63,514 bases of DNA, filler included, from Folioceros fuciformis (GCA_049999805.1; 12 parts of 12 records of this genome joined end to end with filler, not necessarily neighbours in it); one strand, 5' to 3'. Counted from the first letter of the whole stretch, positions 27,301 through 40,863 are shown. Notes: a model not told the origin generated them from the letters alone. Numbers and translations: made by a program.

Positions 27301-27535
27301 NNNNNNNNNNNNNNNNNNNNNNNNNNNNNNNNNNNNNNNNNNNNTTAATTAATTAANNNNNNNNNNNNNNNNNNNNNNNNNNNNNNNNNNNNNNNNNNNN
27401 CACATCTCAATCAGATTTTTAACAAGAGAATGCACTTCCAAGAAGATGCACTCAAGAGATTGCTCCTTCCCGAAAAAGCTCATTCCATAGAAAACAAGAG
27501 AATATAAGCTTACAGCTGCAACGGACACCATATAG

Positions 27536-27746
27536 CTAGGCTTTTATGCCTGCTACTTAAGGTTCACTATAGCCACTTTCACACATCTAGCTATGTGTCT
27601 ATCTAATTAACTTTATATTATTATATATATTTTATAATCTTAACAAAATAATTATTAAATACCACTAATAGTACTTATTAGCATAATTTAATTATTAAAT
27701 AATTACTATTTGCATACATCTAAGCGATAGCACACGATCATGCTTG
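27536..27746 (+). repeat. AT-rich dispersed repeat; diverged copy at 43441-43699
   Basis: shared blocks GCTTTT(T)ATGC, CTATAGCCA..ACACATCTAG, TAATTACTATTTGCAT..ATCATGCTT. Confidence 0.7.
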
Positions 27747-28269
27747 ACAAGTCTCAAGAAGTTCGACAATCAAGTTATGTAGGCGCTTGNNNNNNNNNNN
27801 NNNNNNNNNNNNNNNNNNNNNNNNNNNNNNNNNNNNNNNNNNNNNNNNNNNNNNNNNNNNNNNNNNNNNNNNNNNNNNNNNNNNNNNNNGTAGGCGCTTG
27901 GGGACATCACATGTCCTAGCACATTTGAGTGTGTTGTTAATGATTTGGCCTGAAAGCAGGCTTCCTTGCCGATCGCCTTAGAAGGGGCCCTCTCGGCTCC
28001 AATTTTGGCCTCTTTCTTTTTGCTGTAGGATTCCCAAGATTACCCTCTTCTTGAAGATTTTATCTGAGGTGTTAAAGAGGGCATTTTCACTTTAGAGGTA
28101 ACCCTTAAGCAAGCAAGGGACTTTTTACTATTGAAGTCTCGTGAAGGCCCTACCTCCTTTGCCTTCCTTTTCTAAAGGGTTGTGGAGTTTTCAGGCCTCC
28201 CTCATTGAAGGGCTCTTAGTGCGTGGAAGCATTAAGAGCCGTCTTTTCAGACTCATCCATCCTCAGGTC

Positions 28270-29650
28270 TTCTCTGGCTCGTATTTGCATTTGTTTAGGT
28301 AAAGGTGCAAGTTCTTGGCTTTTGTCTCGACCTTGCATCCAAGCGTTTTGAATCGCATCAAAAACTCTAACCACCTCGATGAGATTTCGCTTAGGTTTGG
28401 CCCACCTATGACTTTTTCTCTCTCTACACGCAGTTGTGGCGTTGCCATTATCAACACAAGGTCCCACCTAGCACGTTGACCCATCAGGGGGCACCACATC
28501 GCCACCCATGATTCAGTTCGGAATATTATGTTCTCAATGGCCAGGAAATGTGGGTTTCTTGGGTATAAGGATCATTCATATACTTTGTGTCATGGTAACA
28601 TAGTTGTCTCAGATCCCACTAGGAATTCAATTTGCGAGTCGTCATCAACCACCTTAGATGGCTAGTGGAGGGTTGTGCAAGTGCTAAAGTCCATAAATAT
28701 TCTCTTCCGCAAGACAAGCATTTTTCATCTCCCTTGTTCTTAAGACCCATGGGGCCATAGGCAAAGACTTTTCAAGGTGCATCAAGGGCTATGCAAAGGT
28801 GTATCATAGTCATAGAAATGAGGTTCTTCTTCTTTCCTCTATGATGGCCTTTTTTTATTACACGAAGACAGTACTAGATAGAACTAAGATAACCATGACC
28901 AAAGAACCAACCATGGCCGAACTCATAGGCCTGATAAATAAAAGAAAGCCTTGGGAGAATATGTGAGGAGGGATGAAGTGAAAGAAAGAGCTTTCCTGAT
29001 TTGAGTTGTCAATATCAAGGACACATATATAAGCCATCGTGAGCATTATATTGCCACCCATAATGCGATCCGGGATATCATATTCTACTAGCTAGAGAAT
29101 ATGGGTTTCTTCTATACAAGGATTGCCCATATACTTAACGAATGAGGTTTTACTAGGAGTTGAACTTTTTCTCACAATGGGGAATAGGTTTATTTTTCTC
29201 ATTTTGAGTCATCGTACTAATGAATGACACGATGTTAATTATGATCATGACACAAATCCTATTAGACATTTAATTTGCGACCACATCGTCAGCAACCTCC
29301 CTTGATGGGCAGCGGAAGGTTGCTGAGCGGAAGGTTGCTGAGTGGCGGAGGGTTGTGTAAGTGCTAAGTCCATAAGTATTGTGTCCCGCGTATAGAATGA
29401 GCAGGTTTTAATCGTGTTTGACTTCTTAAGATTCATCAAGGAGTACAGAAAAGTGTATCATAGTTATAGGATAAGGGTTCTTCCCTTTTTTTCAAGGGTG
29501 GTCTTCTTTTGGCTATGCATATTCATTGCTTAAGGTATATCATAGTCATAGTATTGGGGTTCTTCCTTGTTTTTGAGTGATGGTCTTCTTTTGACCATGC
29601 ATATTCATTACTTTGCAATGAGCATCGACGAATACGACCTTTTGAACAAC
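28270..29650 (+). mobile_element. decayed CRE/R2-like (restriction-like endonuclease) non-LTR retrotransposon 3' remnants, at least 2 copies
   Basis: GKGASSWLLSRP...MRFRLGLAH...SCG...HLAR*PIRGHHIATHDSVRNIMFSMARKCGF...NIVVSDPTR; second copy HYIATHNAIRDIIF..AREYGF at ~29045; many stops. Confidence 0.72.
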
Positions 29651-30118
29651 AAGGCCTAAGAATAACAACAATTCGAATGTCGAATGATGTTTAGGTCGAC
29701 ATTTAAGGAGTAGTGGATAATTTTGAGAATGACATTGGAAGAAGCTAATAATATTTTGAGAATCAGATTAGGAGGGACTAGTAATATTTTGAGAATGGTA
29801 TTAGAAGGGGAGAATGTATTGGAGCTAGTAGTACCTCTAAGTGCCCTTCTGCGGCTGGTTCCCTTTCGGGTTTTCTTCCATATGGAATATTTGGAGTAGA
29901 GTTCATTTTCCATTTTATTTTTAATAATAGAAAGAAAAACCTCTATGTGCACTGGTGGTAACTGGTCCTAAACTTCGGAACCAAAAGTTGATTTCCTGTC
30001 CAGAGGTGCTCAAAGTGGCTACCGTGTGCACTGCCTCTGGAGATGGTTTGGTCATAGTCAGTACGTCGGCATGCACACCGTGGTTCGTCGGTAGAGACGC
30101 ATCTTCCCCCAGCGAACG

Positions 30119-30183
30119 ATGGCCACAACAGTCTGGCAACCGGACCAGTTATGCACCCAACAAGTAGATTCTCTGTGTACAGG
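30119..30183 (+). CDS. probable 5' end of a paralogous PLS-PPR gene, truncated by the contig end
   Basis: MATTVWQPDQLCTQQVDSLCTG aligns with MATVWQPNPVWTQQMVLGVYTG of the gene starting at 51758; same GAACG|ATG context. Confidence 0.6.
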
Positions 30184-31562
30184 NNNNNNNNNNNNNNNNN
30201 NNNNNNNNNNNNNNNNNNNNNNNNNNNTTAATTAATTAANNNNNNNNNNNNNNNNNNNNNNNNNNNNNNNNNNNNNNNNNNNNATTTTATATACTGGGTC
30301 CGTTTTCCCTTCATGGAAACACTGACCCCGCCTTTTTTCAGCCTGCCTCCCTTGTAGCCTGCCTTCATTGCAGTTTTCAGCCCAAAATGTCGGGCAGCCC
30401 AGGACGATCCTAGGCTTGACCCAGCATATGGATTCACCTTTTGGTGGGTCCAACAACACCGAGTTAAAATCGCCGACATGGTCCGTCTGTCGCTCGCTAT
30501 ACAGGGGCTTGCGGATGGACCAAAGGGCTTTTCAATGTAAACAGTACTTCACCATAGCGGACACTTTGATGGTGTTGATGAAAAAGTTGGGGGAGCCCCT
30601 CCATTTCTCTTTGGGATGCCATACCGCCCGCATTCAGCGGCCAAGTGAAGAGGACGTTATTGTTGGAAGATATGAGTCCCACCTCCAACGTACCTCACAC
30701 TAGGAGGAGGTCTGTCTGTGGCGCGCACGTGGACGTGCTCTCTATCTCTCACAGCAAAGTCGATGCGCAAGGCAGAAATGACCATCGTGATGAGACCGGG
30801 GAATTGAAGTACAGTAGCAGTCGTCACTGTAGCCTTGTTCTTGTTGGTGGTGTTGACTGCCTTAGCCAACGAAGACAACTTGAAGTCAGATGGGATTGTG
30901 TCCTTGGCTACCTTGCCCAGGAAAACGTTGATGGAGGGAGCGCCTGGCCCATCGGTGAGAGCAACGCGAAAGTTCTGAAAAGGGTCCTCATCCGCAGCTC
31001 ATGCCATCCGGAGAGCAACACACACCGTCAATAGAGTGTGAGGTCCCACCGGCAAGTACGAAAGGCCTGAAGGGCCTTGCAATTTCGAGACTGTCGATGT
31101 CCAACAGCCTTCGATGAGTCGTCTAGAAGCAGAGGGCGGTAATTAGGATGAAAGAGTTTCGCACTGAACGGTGCGCGATTGATCGATGATAGACAGATTA
31201 CAATGTGCCTGCGCACATACAGGGCTACTAAGTAGCAAGGATTCACAAGATGTAGGGGGGTGTTGGCTGTCAGGCATGGACAACCTGGCCAGAACTAGAC
31301 TAGAATCCGAGTGCGCATGCTCAATTGAAGAACACTTCCGCGCATCTGTCCATCTGCCAAAGTCTCCACTTTCTTCCCATTCTTGACATTTCTAGCCAAA
31401 CTTTGGCACAAACGGGACATTAAACGCTAGACGGGACATTTACATCATTGCATTTTGGCCATNNNNNNNNNNNNNNNNNNNNNNNNNNNNNNNNNNNNNN
31501 NNNNNNNNNNNNNNNNNNNNNNNNNNNNNNNNNNNNNNNNNNNNNNNNNNNNNNNNNNNNNN

Positions 31563-31673
31563 AATTTTTTTACAAACCGAGACTACATGATGTGTTTCCT
31601 CTCTCTAATTTTTTTACAAACCGAGACTACATGATGTGTTTCCTCTCTCTAAATTTTTTTACAAACCGAGGCT
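31563..31673 (+). repeat. ~44-bp tandem repeat (AATTTTTTTACAAACCGAGACTACATGATGTGTTTCCTCTCTCT)
   Basis: about 2.5 copies, flanked by gaps. Confidence 0.85.
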
Positions 31674-34099
31674 NNNNNNNNNNNNNNNNNNNNNNNNNNN
31701 NNNNNNNNNNNNNNNNNTTAATTAATTAANNNNNNNNNNNNNNNNNNNNNNNNNNNNNNNNNNNNNNNNNNNNCCTCTGATCCCTGTGCTTAGTTATCCG
31801 TCCATCCAGCCATCAACCAACTTCAGCTTAGGGAGCGCTGCCATTCTTTCTCTCCCCTATCTTGATCAACCCTCTCTTTGTAGCCTGCGCTGTTGGATTC
31901 TAGTCCGCCCTACCAACCCGATCCCACACCAGGCCAAATCTCCATTTTTCCCCTGCTCTTTGTTGCCAGCCCTCCTTCCCATCCTCCTTCCCTCTCCACC
32001 TTCAGCCCAATTCCAGCCCATCCCGATTCTGGCCATCCAGGCCTGATCTGCAGCCCGCGCTGCTGGATCTTGGACCACTAGCCGGGTACCCTCCCCGTTG
32101 CCGACACCATCCCGACCCCGGCGCCGACTCCTCTCCGGCCAATCTCACCGGTGCTGCCATTCCGCTTCCCTCCCGTCCTCTGCCCGTGTATTCTTCTTGT
32201 ATACGGTCCATATACGNNNNNNNNNNNNNNNNNNNNNNNNNNNNNNNNNNNNNNNNNNNNNNNNNNNNNNNNNNNNNNNNNNNNNNNNNNNNNNNNNNNN
32301 NNNNNNNNNNNNNNNNCTCCCCCTCAATATATTTTATACATATTGATACCTATTTAATATGTATACAATAACTATATTCCCGTATTTCTTTTTCTTTTTT
32401 TTCCCCCTTTTTCTCCCTAATTTGTCTTTTATTTTTCTTGCTTTTCTATTTTCTCTCTTATTTTCTGGATTTAATTCCAGAAATTCCGACTCTACTCTTT
32501 CTCACATGTTTCCTTCCCCTAACAATCCGGGATTTGTCCTAGCATCTTGGGATCAGTTTGTCATGGCCAATGAACTGTTTTGGCTGGAGGCCGATTCTGC
32601 TGAATAAGCTACCGATTTCAGGCCCGGTTCCAGTTGCTTATCACTTTTCTTCTAATCTCTCCCCTTTCGTCTCTCATTGCTTATACTAACACTAAGGGAC
32701 TTCTGTCTCAGGAATGTTTGACAGTCCAATGGTCCACTATCCCTTGGGGTCATCGATTGGATGTAATGGGTGCCTGTTTGCTATCCTAACCCACTCCAAC
32801 ATGAGTTCAACTCCTGCAACCTCCCCACTTACATCTTTTGTTGTACTCTTCTTGCTTCTAACACTTTCCGAGTAGGTCTGACCTACTGTCGGTGGGCCCC
32901 ATAGAACCTCCCTTAGGACTAAACTAACAAACTGACAAGTGCTCCTCTCATGAGGGCTATGCATCAGCCACTGTGGGAACCATTAGAGGAGATGCTACAA
33001 GAGTGAAGGTGACTGGCCCGAAGGCAACCTTAGCCATCATGGGAATAGTGGCAAGAGAAGCCTTTGCAGACAGCCACTCAACAATAAGAAGGCGGCGCCC
33101 ACCAAATCTAGAAGAATAGTCAATAGCCAAGGATCAGCAAGAGCTGTTGGTAGGGCCAACAAGGGGGTTGGCGGCCCGTCAAGTTGATGGTAGGGTAGAC
33201 TAGTCTAGTATAATAATGTGCTATAAACTACTGCTTTGGTTGTCGTGTCCTAGTGGTCAACTTGTAGAGAGAGGAAGGGGACTAGAGCTAGGAGTCCTCT
33301 ATAAGAGGCTAAGAGCCTCTAGAACCGGTTTGTCACTTTACGATCTCTCTCGGGTTGTCCCTGCTTGGATATAGTAGTGTGTGCCGGTTGTGCAGTGTTT
33401 GGTAAAGCTTTGAGAAGTAGTGGCCAAGGTTAAGGGTTGGGTCCCTTTAAGTCTTGATCGTGCTCGGTTCGGCCTTCATGTCCTCCTTCCTCGGCCAGCA
33501 AACCCTTGGGCTCTCCTCCCCCTTTGCTGGTCAAGCAAGTCTTCCCATAAGACCTCTACCTCGCTTTCACTACTATCTGACCTCTCCTGGCTGCATGGCA
33601 GCAGGTCTACAACCGAGGTAGCGGAAGTCGCTATCGGTAGGGGAGAAATGATGCCAATAGAGGGAAGCCCTACCGCAGTCGGGGAAGCAGTGACAGTCGT
33701 GGGACAAGCAACCGGGGTTGCTGAAACCCCTACCCGCACGAGGAGAACTGGACTGGAGACAGCTATAGGCAGAGCGATTGGAGGCACCCTAGCATCTTTG
33801 GTGGACAGAGAGCAGACAAGCAGAGGTAGCCCACGCGAGGAGGAGGTAAGCACCTCATTTGCAGCAGGAGGCCAGATTGTATTAAAGCACATGGATGAGG
33901 AGTCTTATATTCTTGGTCTCTATGTAAATGGAAATCATATACTTAACCTTACTGCCCATGTGCGTGTGAGAATAAGAAGGACCAGGGCCTATCGTCTGCA
34001 AGGGACGACGCACAGGAGATGCTTCTCCTAGTGTTTCCGGGTGTGGGGTTAACCCCCTGTTATTCAGAGGCAATTTTGGAGGAGCTCACCGAAGAAGAG

Positions 34100-35790
34100 G
34101 TATAGGCCTAGGTGGAGCAGGAACCAGTGATGGTCCTTAGGAACAGGCAACCAGGGGGAGGAGAGCGAGATCCCCGTTGGACTTTCCCTTTCCCCTTGAC
34201 TCGGCTCCGGGCCTCATCCCGTTTTCGTTTGTAACGATCCGCGAGCTTTTGGACCTTCTCCACAGCTCCGGTCTCCTGTTCCTACGCCCGTAACAACTCT
34301 TGTTGCATTTCCTGATTTGTTGATGTACTTCCTTAACTTGGGTCAGGATCAGTTCCTGCTGATCCTTCATGGCCTACACTTCTTCCCGAGCTCGGCGTAA
34401 TTCTTCCTATACCTGTGCTTTCACTGCGCCCAGGGCCTATTAGGCTTCCTCTAATTGTTCCCGCCTTGCCTCTGCTTCAGTCAGCTTGGCTTGCGCCTCC
34501 TCTTCTCACTGTCCTTACATACTCGACCAAGTAAGCACCAGTGCAGCCTGGTCTAGCATGTTTACTTGTGCTCGGACCATGGTCGTTGACAGGCCCGGTA
34601 AGCCCACCTATTGAGGGGCTCCACTAGTAGCCATCCCTTTGTCCAGAATCCTATATCCCAACCAGGTGCGCACCCTCGGTAGCTCTTCCATCTATAGGTT
34701 TACGAGCATAGGGGTTCCCTTAAAGATTTCTTCCCATTAAGGGAAGAGTTCCACCACTGGGGTCAGCCCTAATTTTTCAGCCAACTCAATGGGCTTTTCT
34801 ACCGCGGTTGGTGCCTCCTCATCGGGTTTTGCGGAGGAAGTGGTCAATTGCTTGGTCCCTGTTTTCCTGACCATCTCCTACAGCATCTAGTTTGCTGCGG
34901 ACCTGGTAACACGTGTGCTTGCCTTCTTTCTCTTCACAAGGATTTTCCTGCTGCCTCCTGCTTTCTATTTCCTACTGGCGGGAGCTTCCTCTTCCGAACT
35001 TCCTGTTGTTCCCAATTCTTAGCTGCTAGACTCTGCCTCTTCCTTGGGTCCTTCTGGCTTCCACTTCATTTCCCTAACAGGTTTCCACATATGGAGCGAA
35101 GCCAGATATCTAGTTTCGGCAAACTATTAACATGCGAATACAGGTGAACCAGGAAAGGCGAAATTAAAGATGGCCGGGGGGTAGGAGAGTTCAGATTTTG
35201 CTTCTCCTCATTCAGTCTGTTGAGGATGATTTTCCCCCAGTTGATCTTGCTCCCCTTGACGACCTTGTGTACGAACAACAACATGTGGTTAGATAGGTAG
35301 TCCTGCTTCTTATGCTGCAAGAAGCTTAAGAGCCATTTGGCAAGGCCCATGAGTTGAGCAGACGCCATCTCCCATGCCAGCCAGCCGTTGGCCTCTCGAC
35401 CTATTCCTGACTTGAACAAGGCTATTGCTGTTGCCACTGTACTTCGCTTCCGTAGAGATTCGATTACAAGCCCTTTGGCCTCCCTGGCTGCGGCCATACA
35501 CTGCTCTGACCAAACCTGAATCCCACTCCTATGGTCTAACTCTGATACCTCCCATCAACGTCTTGCCTTGTACCTGCTATGCACACTCGCGTACCAGGCT
35601 GGGGTTCGCGTAATTCCAGTGTTTCGTCATGAACCCAAGACCCAACTCCTCCACCAGCCCACCTGCCCAGCCCTTCCAATGGTCTATGTTGGGCCAGAAC
35701 GCAACCTCAACCTGTGCCATGGATCCAAGTGCGGTGTCCCTGCACAACTCTACATGCGTTAGCTTAGCGGATATTTCTGCCATTCATTGC
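34100..35790 (-). pseudogene. decayed TE-associated ORF, divergent member of the unassigned family (copy C), with a downstream coiled-coil region
   Basis: GLAKWLLSFLQHKKQDYLSNHMLLFVHKVVKGSKINWGKIILNRL...LISPFLVHLY parallels the other copies. Confidence 0.6.
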
Positions 35791-38700
35791 CGTTCCAGGG
35801 TTAGCCTATGTGCCACCACCACCTCTTATCCTGTGCCTCACAGCCTCGCACTTCCTCGAGTCTATCAGGGGATGGCCACGGGCCTGTGTTCGCTGCTTCC
35901 TCCATGTTCACTACGCTCCGCCTGTATGCCCACTCCTTGTCTGCCGAGTCCACTCCCCGACACCGCTTCAATTGTGGTTGCGCTCCACTTTGAAAATAAC
36001 TCCTGGACACTTGGGTCCCCTCTTAGGGTTTCCATTTGTGAGCAGTCGTTCCGGTTTCCACTACTTCCGCCGACTTCCAGTACTAGTTGCTCCTTCTGTG
36101 ATCACCGTCCACCTTCTGCGACCGTTGTCAAGCTTCGGTTACATCACTGCCTGTGCCACAGGCAGTGATGTCCTACACCTAAGCTAACCCTAATCACAAC
36201 TCGCCTCTATAACCATGGGGGTCCCCCTTTTATAGGCTTTTGTAAATTGTTCAAAGAACAAAGGNNNNNNNNNNNNNNNNNNNNNNNNNNNNNNNNNNNN
36301 NNNNNNNNTTAATTAATTAANNNNNNNNNNNNNNNNNNNNNNNNNNNNNNNNNNNNNNNNNNNNGGCAGGGGCAGGGGCAGGCAGCCAGGCAACGCAAGG
36401 CAACGCAAGGTGGACTTAGGAAGGGCAGGAGGGCAGCGCAGCGCAGCCCATGCCCATGTGTTCCATGTACCTATATGGAAAGAAAAGTCATATGTGTTGG
36501 TTGGTAGTAGGAAAAAAGGGAGGAACAGTGGCACTGTGGCGTCGGTATCGTGCCTTGTTGTTTGTGTTCATTTGCTCAGTACATGGAGGCTACGGACACA
36601 AGAAAGTGGGAATCGGATGACGGGGGATGGGGACGCGCGGCGCAGCCACAGCAGAAATGAATGCTGTTCACCTCTCTTCCAAGCCCTTGCAAGCGCGCGT
36701 GCTTCCTTTTGCAAGTCAAGTGTATTAAAATGGTGTGACATAGGCGGGCCTTCCAGGGTGCCTGCATGAGCATGAGCATGAGCATGCGCATGCTGATGGC
36801 CCATCCCCAGCTGGATGTGCAGCCAGATGCGATCCCAGCCGAGCACAATGGAATGGAATGGAATGGAATGGGCTGGGCATATACATACATACATAGGCCA
36901 GGCCGCATGGACCAAGCGGTGGAAGCAGCGCAGGAAGGGAACGCGAAGGCAGGAACAGCCCGCCTGCGACACGATGACCTACCACTTTGGCGTCACCTCA
37001 ACACGACCAGCCGCGCCACAGTACCGGTTTTGCCAGCGTCGCCCCGCCTCACGGAGTCACGGGACCATCGCGCAGGAGCCAGAAAAGCCACCTGAAGCGG
37101 GCCAGTGGGAAAAGGACATGAAGTATTTTTCGTGAAACTCAGCTTTGCGGCTCGGCGAGGAAGCGTGGTCAAGGCAAGGCAAAGGATAGGGGGAATCTGC
37201 GATGTGCTTTGCTCTTCCAGTCTGGAAGGGAAAGCAGTTAGCGGGCCTAGCTGGGGATGCTAAGCTGGAGGCTGGACTTTGGCTGTCTTTGCTTGCTTGC
37301 TGATTTCGCGCAGCTGGGACCTGGAAACTGGGACCCCGGACCTGGGACACGGGACATGGTGCCTGGGGCCTGGGGTCCTGGCCCTCCTGGCCCTCCTGGC
37401 CCTCCTGGAGTCCTGGGGCCTGGGCCTGGGGCTGGGACCCCTTCCGTCAGCTGCGGAAGCAGCGCGCGCGCTTCTCTCCGAGCATCTCTCTCCTTGCGCC
37501 GCGCGCGAGCAGTGATGGAGCTTCGGGATTTCGCCGCATTGAGCTCTACCCCAGCGCGTCTGGCCACAGCCCTCACTGGAGGGAGGGAGGGAGGGAGGGA
37601 TTGTCGTCAAGTGACATAACCTCTGACTATGGCCGGACTCCGACCACATGAAGCTGGCTGCGCGCGGACATGGCGCCACGTCTCTGCCTCTACCCCTGCT
37701 TACGTAGCCCAAGATTCCCTTGGGTCTCTGGAAGCTGGTCGACCAGCGGCTCCAAGGCGGTTGAGAGGCAGTTGGCACTTCTATTCCCGGGACGGTGCAC
37801 CGAAATCACGGCGTGACCTGCGACTTGTCGCTCCGACTTCGCACAGTCGTGTTCGTCTGCGCGCGACCAGGGGATGCTGGATCTCTCTTCCGCTATATCA
37901 CTTGCCATCCATGGGCAGGCGAGATTTGGAAGGTGTTCGTCAAGGGGTCACTTCCAGCAAGTTGCAAACAGTGCGGAGCGGACCGAGTCTAAGTCTAACA
38001 ACACCCCTTGTTGACGAAATCCATGAGCCGGCAGTCTGTACAAGTAATATAACATTTACACTCTGATGTTACATCATTTCGCTCTGATACTCAGGATCAG
38101 AGTAGACAGAACTCCACCACAACCTGAACAAAATGAACTAACAGCAAAGGCTCCTCCTTTCTTGTGCGTGTGAGCCAACTGCATTTCCCAACTTCCGGCA
38201 AGAAGAAGCAGGCCGCACACACCACGACACTTACTCACCCTTGCACCCCCTCTCCGCCCTATTCTTAGTTAACATTAGCTGCTTACACAAGTTACCCCGC
38301 TTCTACATTTCTAGCATGCCAACTTCTCGCTGCAAAAAACCATCAATTCTTACTGAATCTGCTGGTAAAGGGACAGGATGCGAGCAAGCGAACCCAAAAA
38401 TCCAACCAGGAGAAGTTGAATGCCGAAGAGGTCAGGGAGCCACACTGTCAGGCCTACCCTAAATTTGCAACTAATATGCAATGTCACCTGGATTCGGCAT
38501 CGGGCTTCGGATCTGGAAAAGCCGGAGAGATGTTATTTATTCCCCCATACGCGCAGCTCACTGAGTCGAACTCTTCACGGATGCTAGACCAGGCGGTTCA
38601 CGATCGCTTCAAAGCGCTCCAACACCAGGAACACACTCACATCACACGTGACTACCCTCCTTCTTCCTGCGGGCTCCTCAGGCACGCACAGGTGAGTGCG

Positions 38701-38969
38701 CCGAGCTGCTTGCGCATCCCGCAGAGGCTGACGGAAGAACCTGCAAGGACCAACTTTCCACCCCAGACCAGCTGCATTGGCCCCCGGAATACTTCCGGCT
38801 TCCTCCTCCCTGTCAGGGCACACCGAGTGAAACCAGGCATTCAAGCACCTGAGTTGAAAGTGACCGCTCGCCAGTACGGCATCCTTGAAGCTGCTACACT
38901 CCAGCACTTAGAAAACTTTTGTCTTCCCGCTGCCAGGGACTTGGTGACACTAGTGGATTAGACCGTTAC

Positions 38970-40863
38970 CTACGGCCAGTCCCACCACGGGACCGAATTC
39001 TTGTCGTCCACAGAGAAGAAATAGCTGGACAACTCATCGGACTGCTGACAAGCTCCGTCTTCAAGCTTCACTTCAGGCCGTGGCTGACTGGCATAGCTCA
39101 GCCCTGGATTCATCAGTCTGGGACTGTCGAAGTCGTCTCCCAAGTGCTGGAAGGGTTCCATGGCCGCTAGCATGGAGGAGGGGAAAGGGATGTCCGTGAT
39201 AAGGGCCGGCGGCAGAGAGGAGCAAGGCGAAACCTCAGTTGGAGAAGCCATGAATCCGCAGCTGGTGACGGTGCTCGCGCAGCTGCCTGAAGACCAATTC
39301 AGGGCCGGCCCGGAGATGTCAGTGGACGCTGCAGCCGGGGAATTCTGTTGCAAAATGGGCAAGAGCTTGCCGTAGTCGCTGTCAACAGCCTGGTGCGGGC
39401 TATCTACATTGGACATGCCGCTGTTTACAGAGTTGCAAGTGTCGGAGCTGTGGGGACTACCTCGTCCGCAGGCGCCGTATCTCAAAGTACTCCTGGAGTC
39501 CTGCGAGTTGTTGTTGCTGGAGGGGAAGTTAGTCACGGACTTGGGACTGAGCTGGAAATCGCTGGCACTCAAGTCGTTGGTAGGGACTGAAAGCAACTCG
39601 GACATAATCAAGGCCGACTTCGCAGAAGCTGCGACCACAGCAGCAGCAGGGACAATCTTAGTCGCAGCGGCCTGAACCCCGTCCGTCGGGGCAACAGCTT
39701 TCGACGGACTGACGTTCGGGTCGGAGACTTTATTTGGCTTGCCAGGCTCTGATGACGAGTTGGAACACTCCGGCAACTGCTCGTCCCTAGCAGGCGATTT
39801 ATCAAGAGACAGGCGCTTCACCTGATGAAAAGACACAACCCAAGGTGCAGACTACGTCAGCACCACGACATCAAAGCGCCTCCCCGCTTCCCTGCTGGGC
39901 CGGGCAGCAAACATGACCATAACAGACAAGAGCCTCAACAACAACTACAAACTCGACACATCGCAGAACAAGCAACAAGCGAGGGGAAAAAAACAAAACA
40001 AAACAAAGGAAAAAAATAGAAGAGAACAAGAGCGAAACAAACAGAGGACGTCATCCTCCCTTTCCTTCCTACCTCTTGAACGAGCCTTTCCTTCTCCTCC
40101 AGAAGCGTGTTGTAGTCTCCCTTCAAAGCATCGTAATCAGCCTTGAGCATCTCGTAGTCCTTCTCGAGCTGTTTAGTTTTCCAGCGCGCCCGCCGGTTCT
40201 GGAACCAAACCGCGACCTGGCGCGGCTGNNNNNNNNNNNNNNNNNNNNNNNNNNNNNNNNNNNNNNNNNNNNNNNNNNNNNNNNNNNNNNNNNNNNNNNN
40301 NNNNNNNNNNNNNNNNNNNNNNNNNNNNTTCCTCTCCGGCTCCAATTTGTTCTCCATCTCGAAATTCTTCTCGAGCGACCGCACCTGCTCCGCCGTCAGC
40401 CTGCGCTTCTTCTCTGCAGGCTGGCCGAGGTCGTCCCCGCCGTCCTCGTCCCCGGTCTCCTCCGGCGACGTCTCGAACAGCGTGGGATAGCTAAACGGCC
40501 GCTTCAAATTGGAGGCGCTAGGACTGGCATTAGAGCTCGGGTGCGGCAGCACTCCCTCTTCCAACCCTCCCTTACCTGCAATCGAGCACCAGCACAATCA
40601 CTCAAACAAAATTCCACACAATGCTGCTTCCCCGGCATCCAATCTTTGCAATTACACTCTCCACGTCCCTCCTTCAGCCGCCTCTCCTTACCTGGAGAAT
40701 GGCCAGCCCCGGCTCCGGCTCCGGTCCCGACTCCGGCCCCGGGCCCGGCCCTGGACGACAACAAAGCCACAATCGTATCGGTGGAGCTGCTCTCACTCCT
40801 CTGCATCATCTGCAGCATGCCACCCGCCCCGTTGTAGGACGCAAGCGCATTCCCGCTGGCCAT
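38970..40863 (-). CDS. homeodomain-leucine zipper class I transcription factor; exons 40863-40692, 40575-40073 (contains an N gap), 39821-38970
   Basis: [28 protein letters not shown]...[25 protein letters not shown] followed by the zipper; C-terminal aromatic AHA-like PWWDWP*; phase-consistent GT-AG introns. Confidence 0.95.

Noticed and set aside
40229-40328. Insertion within the HD-Zip homeodomain
   Set aside because: It is a fixed 100-N placeholder; only about 10 residues are expected to be missing
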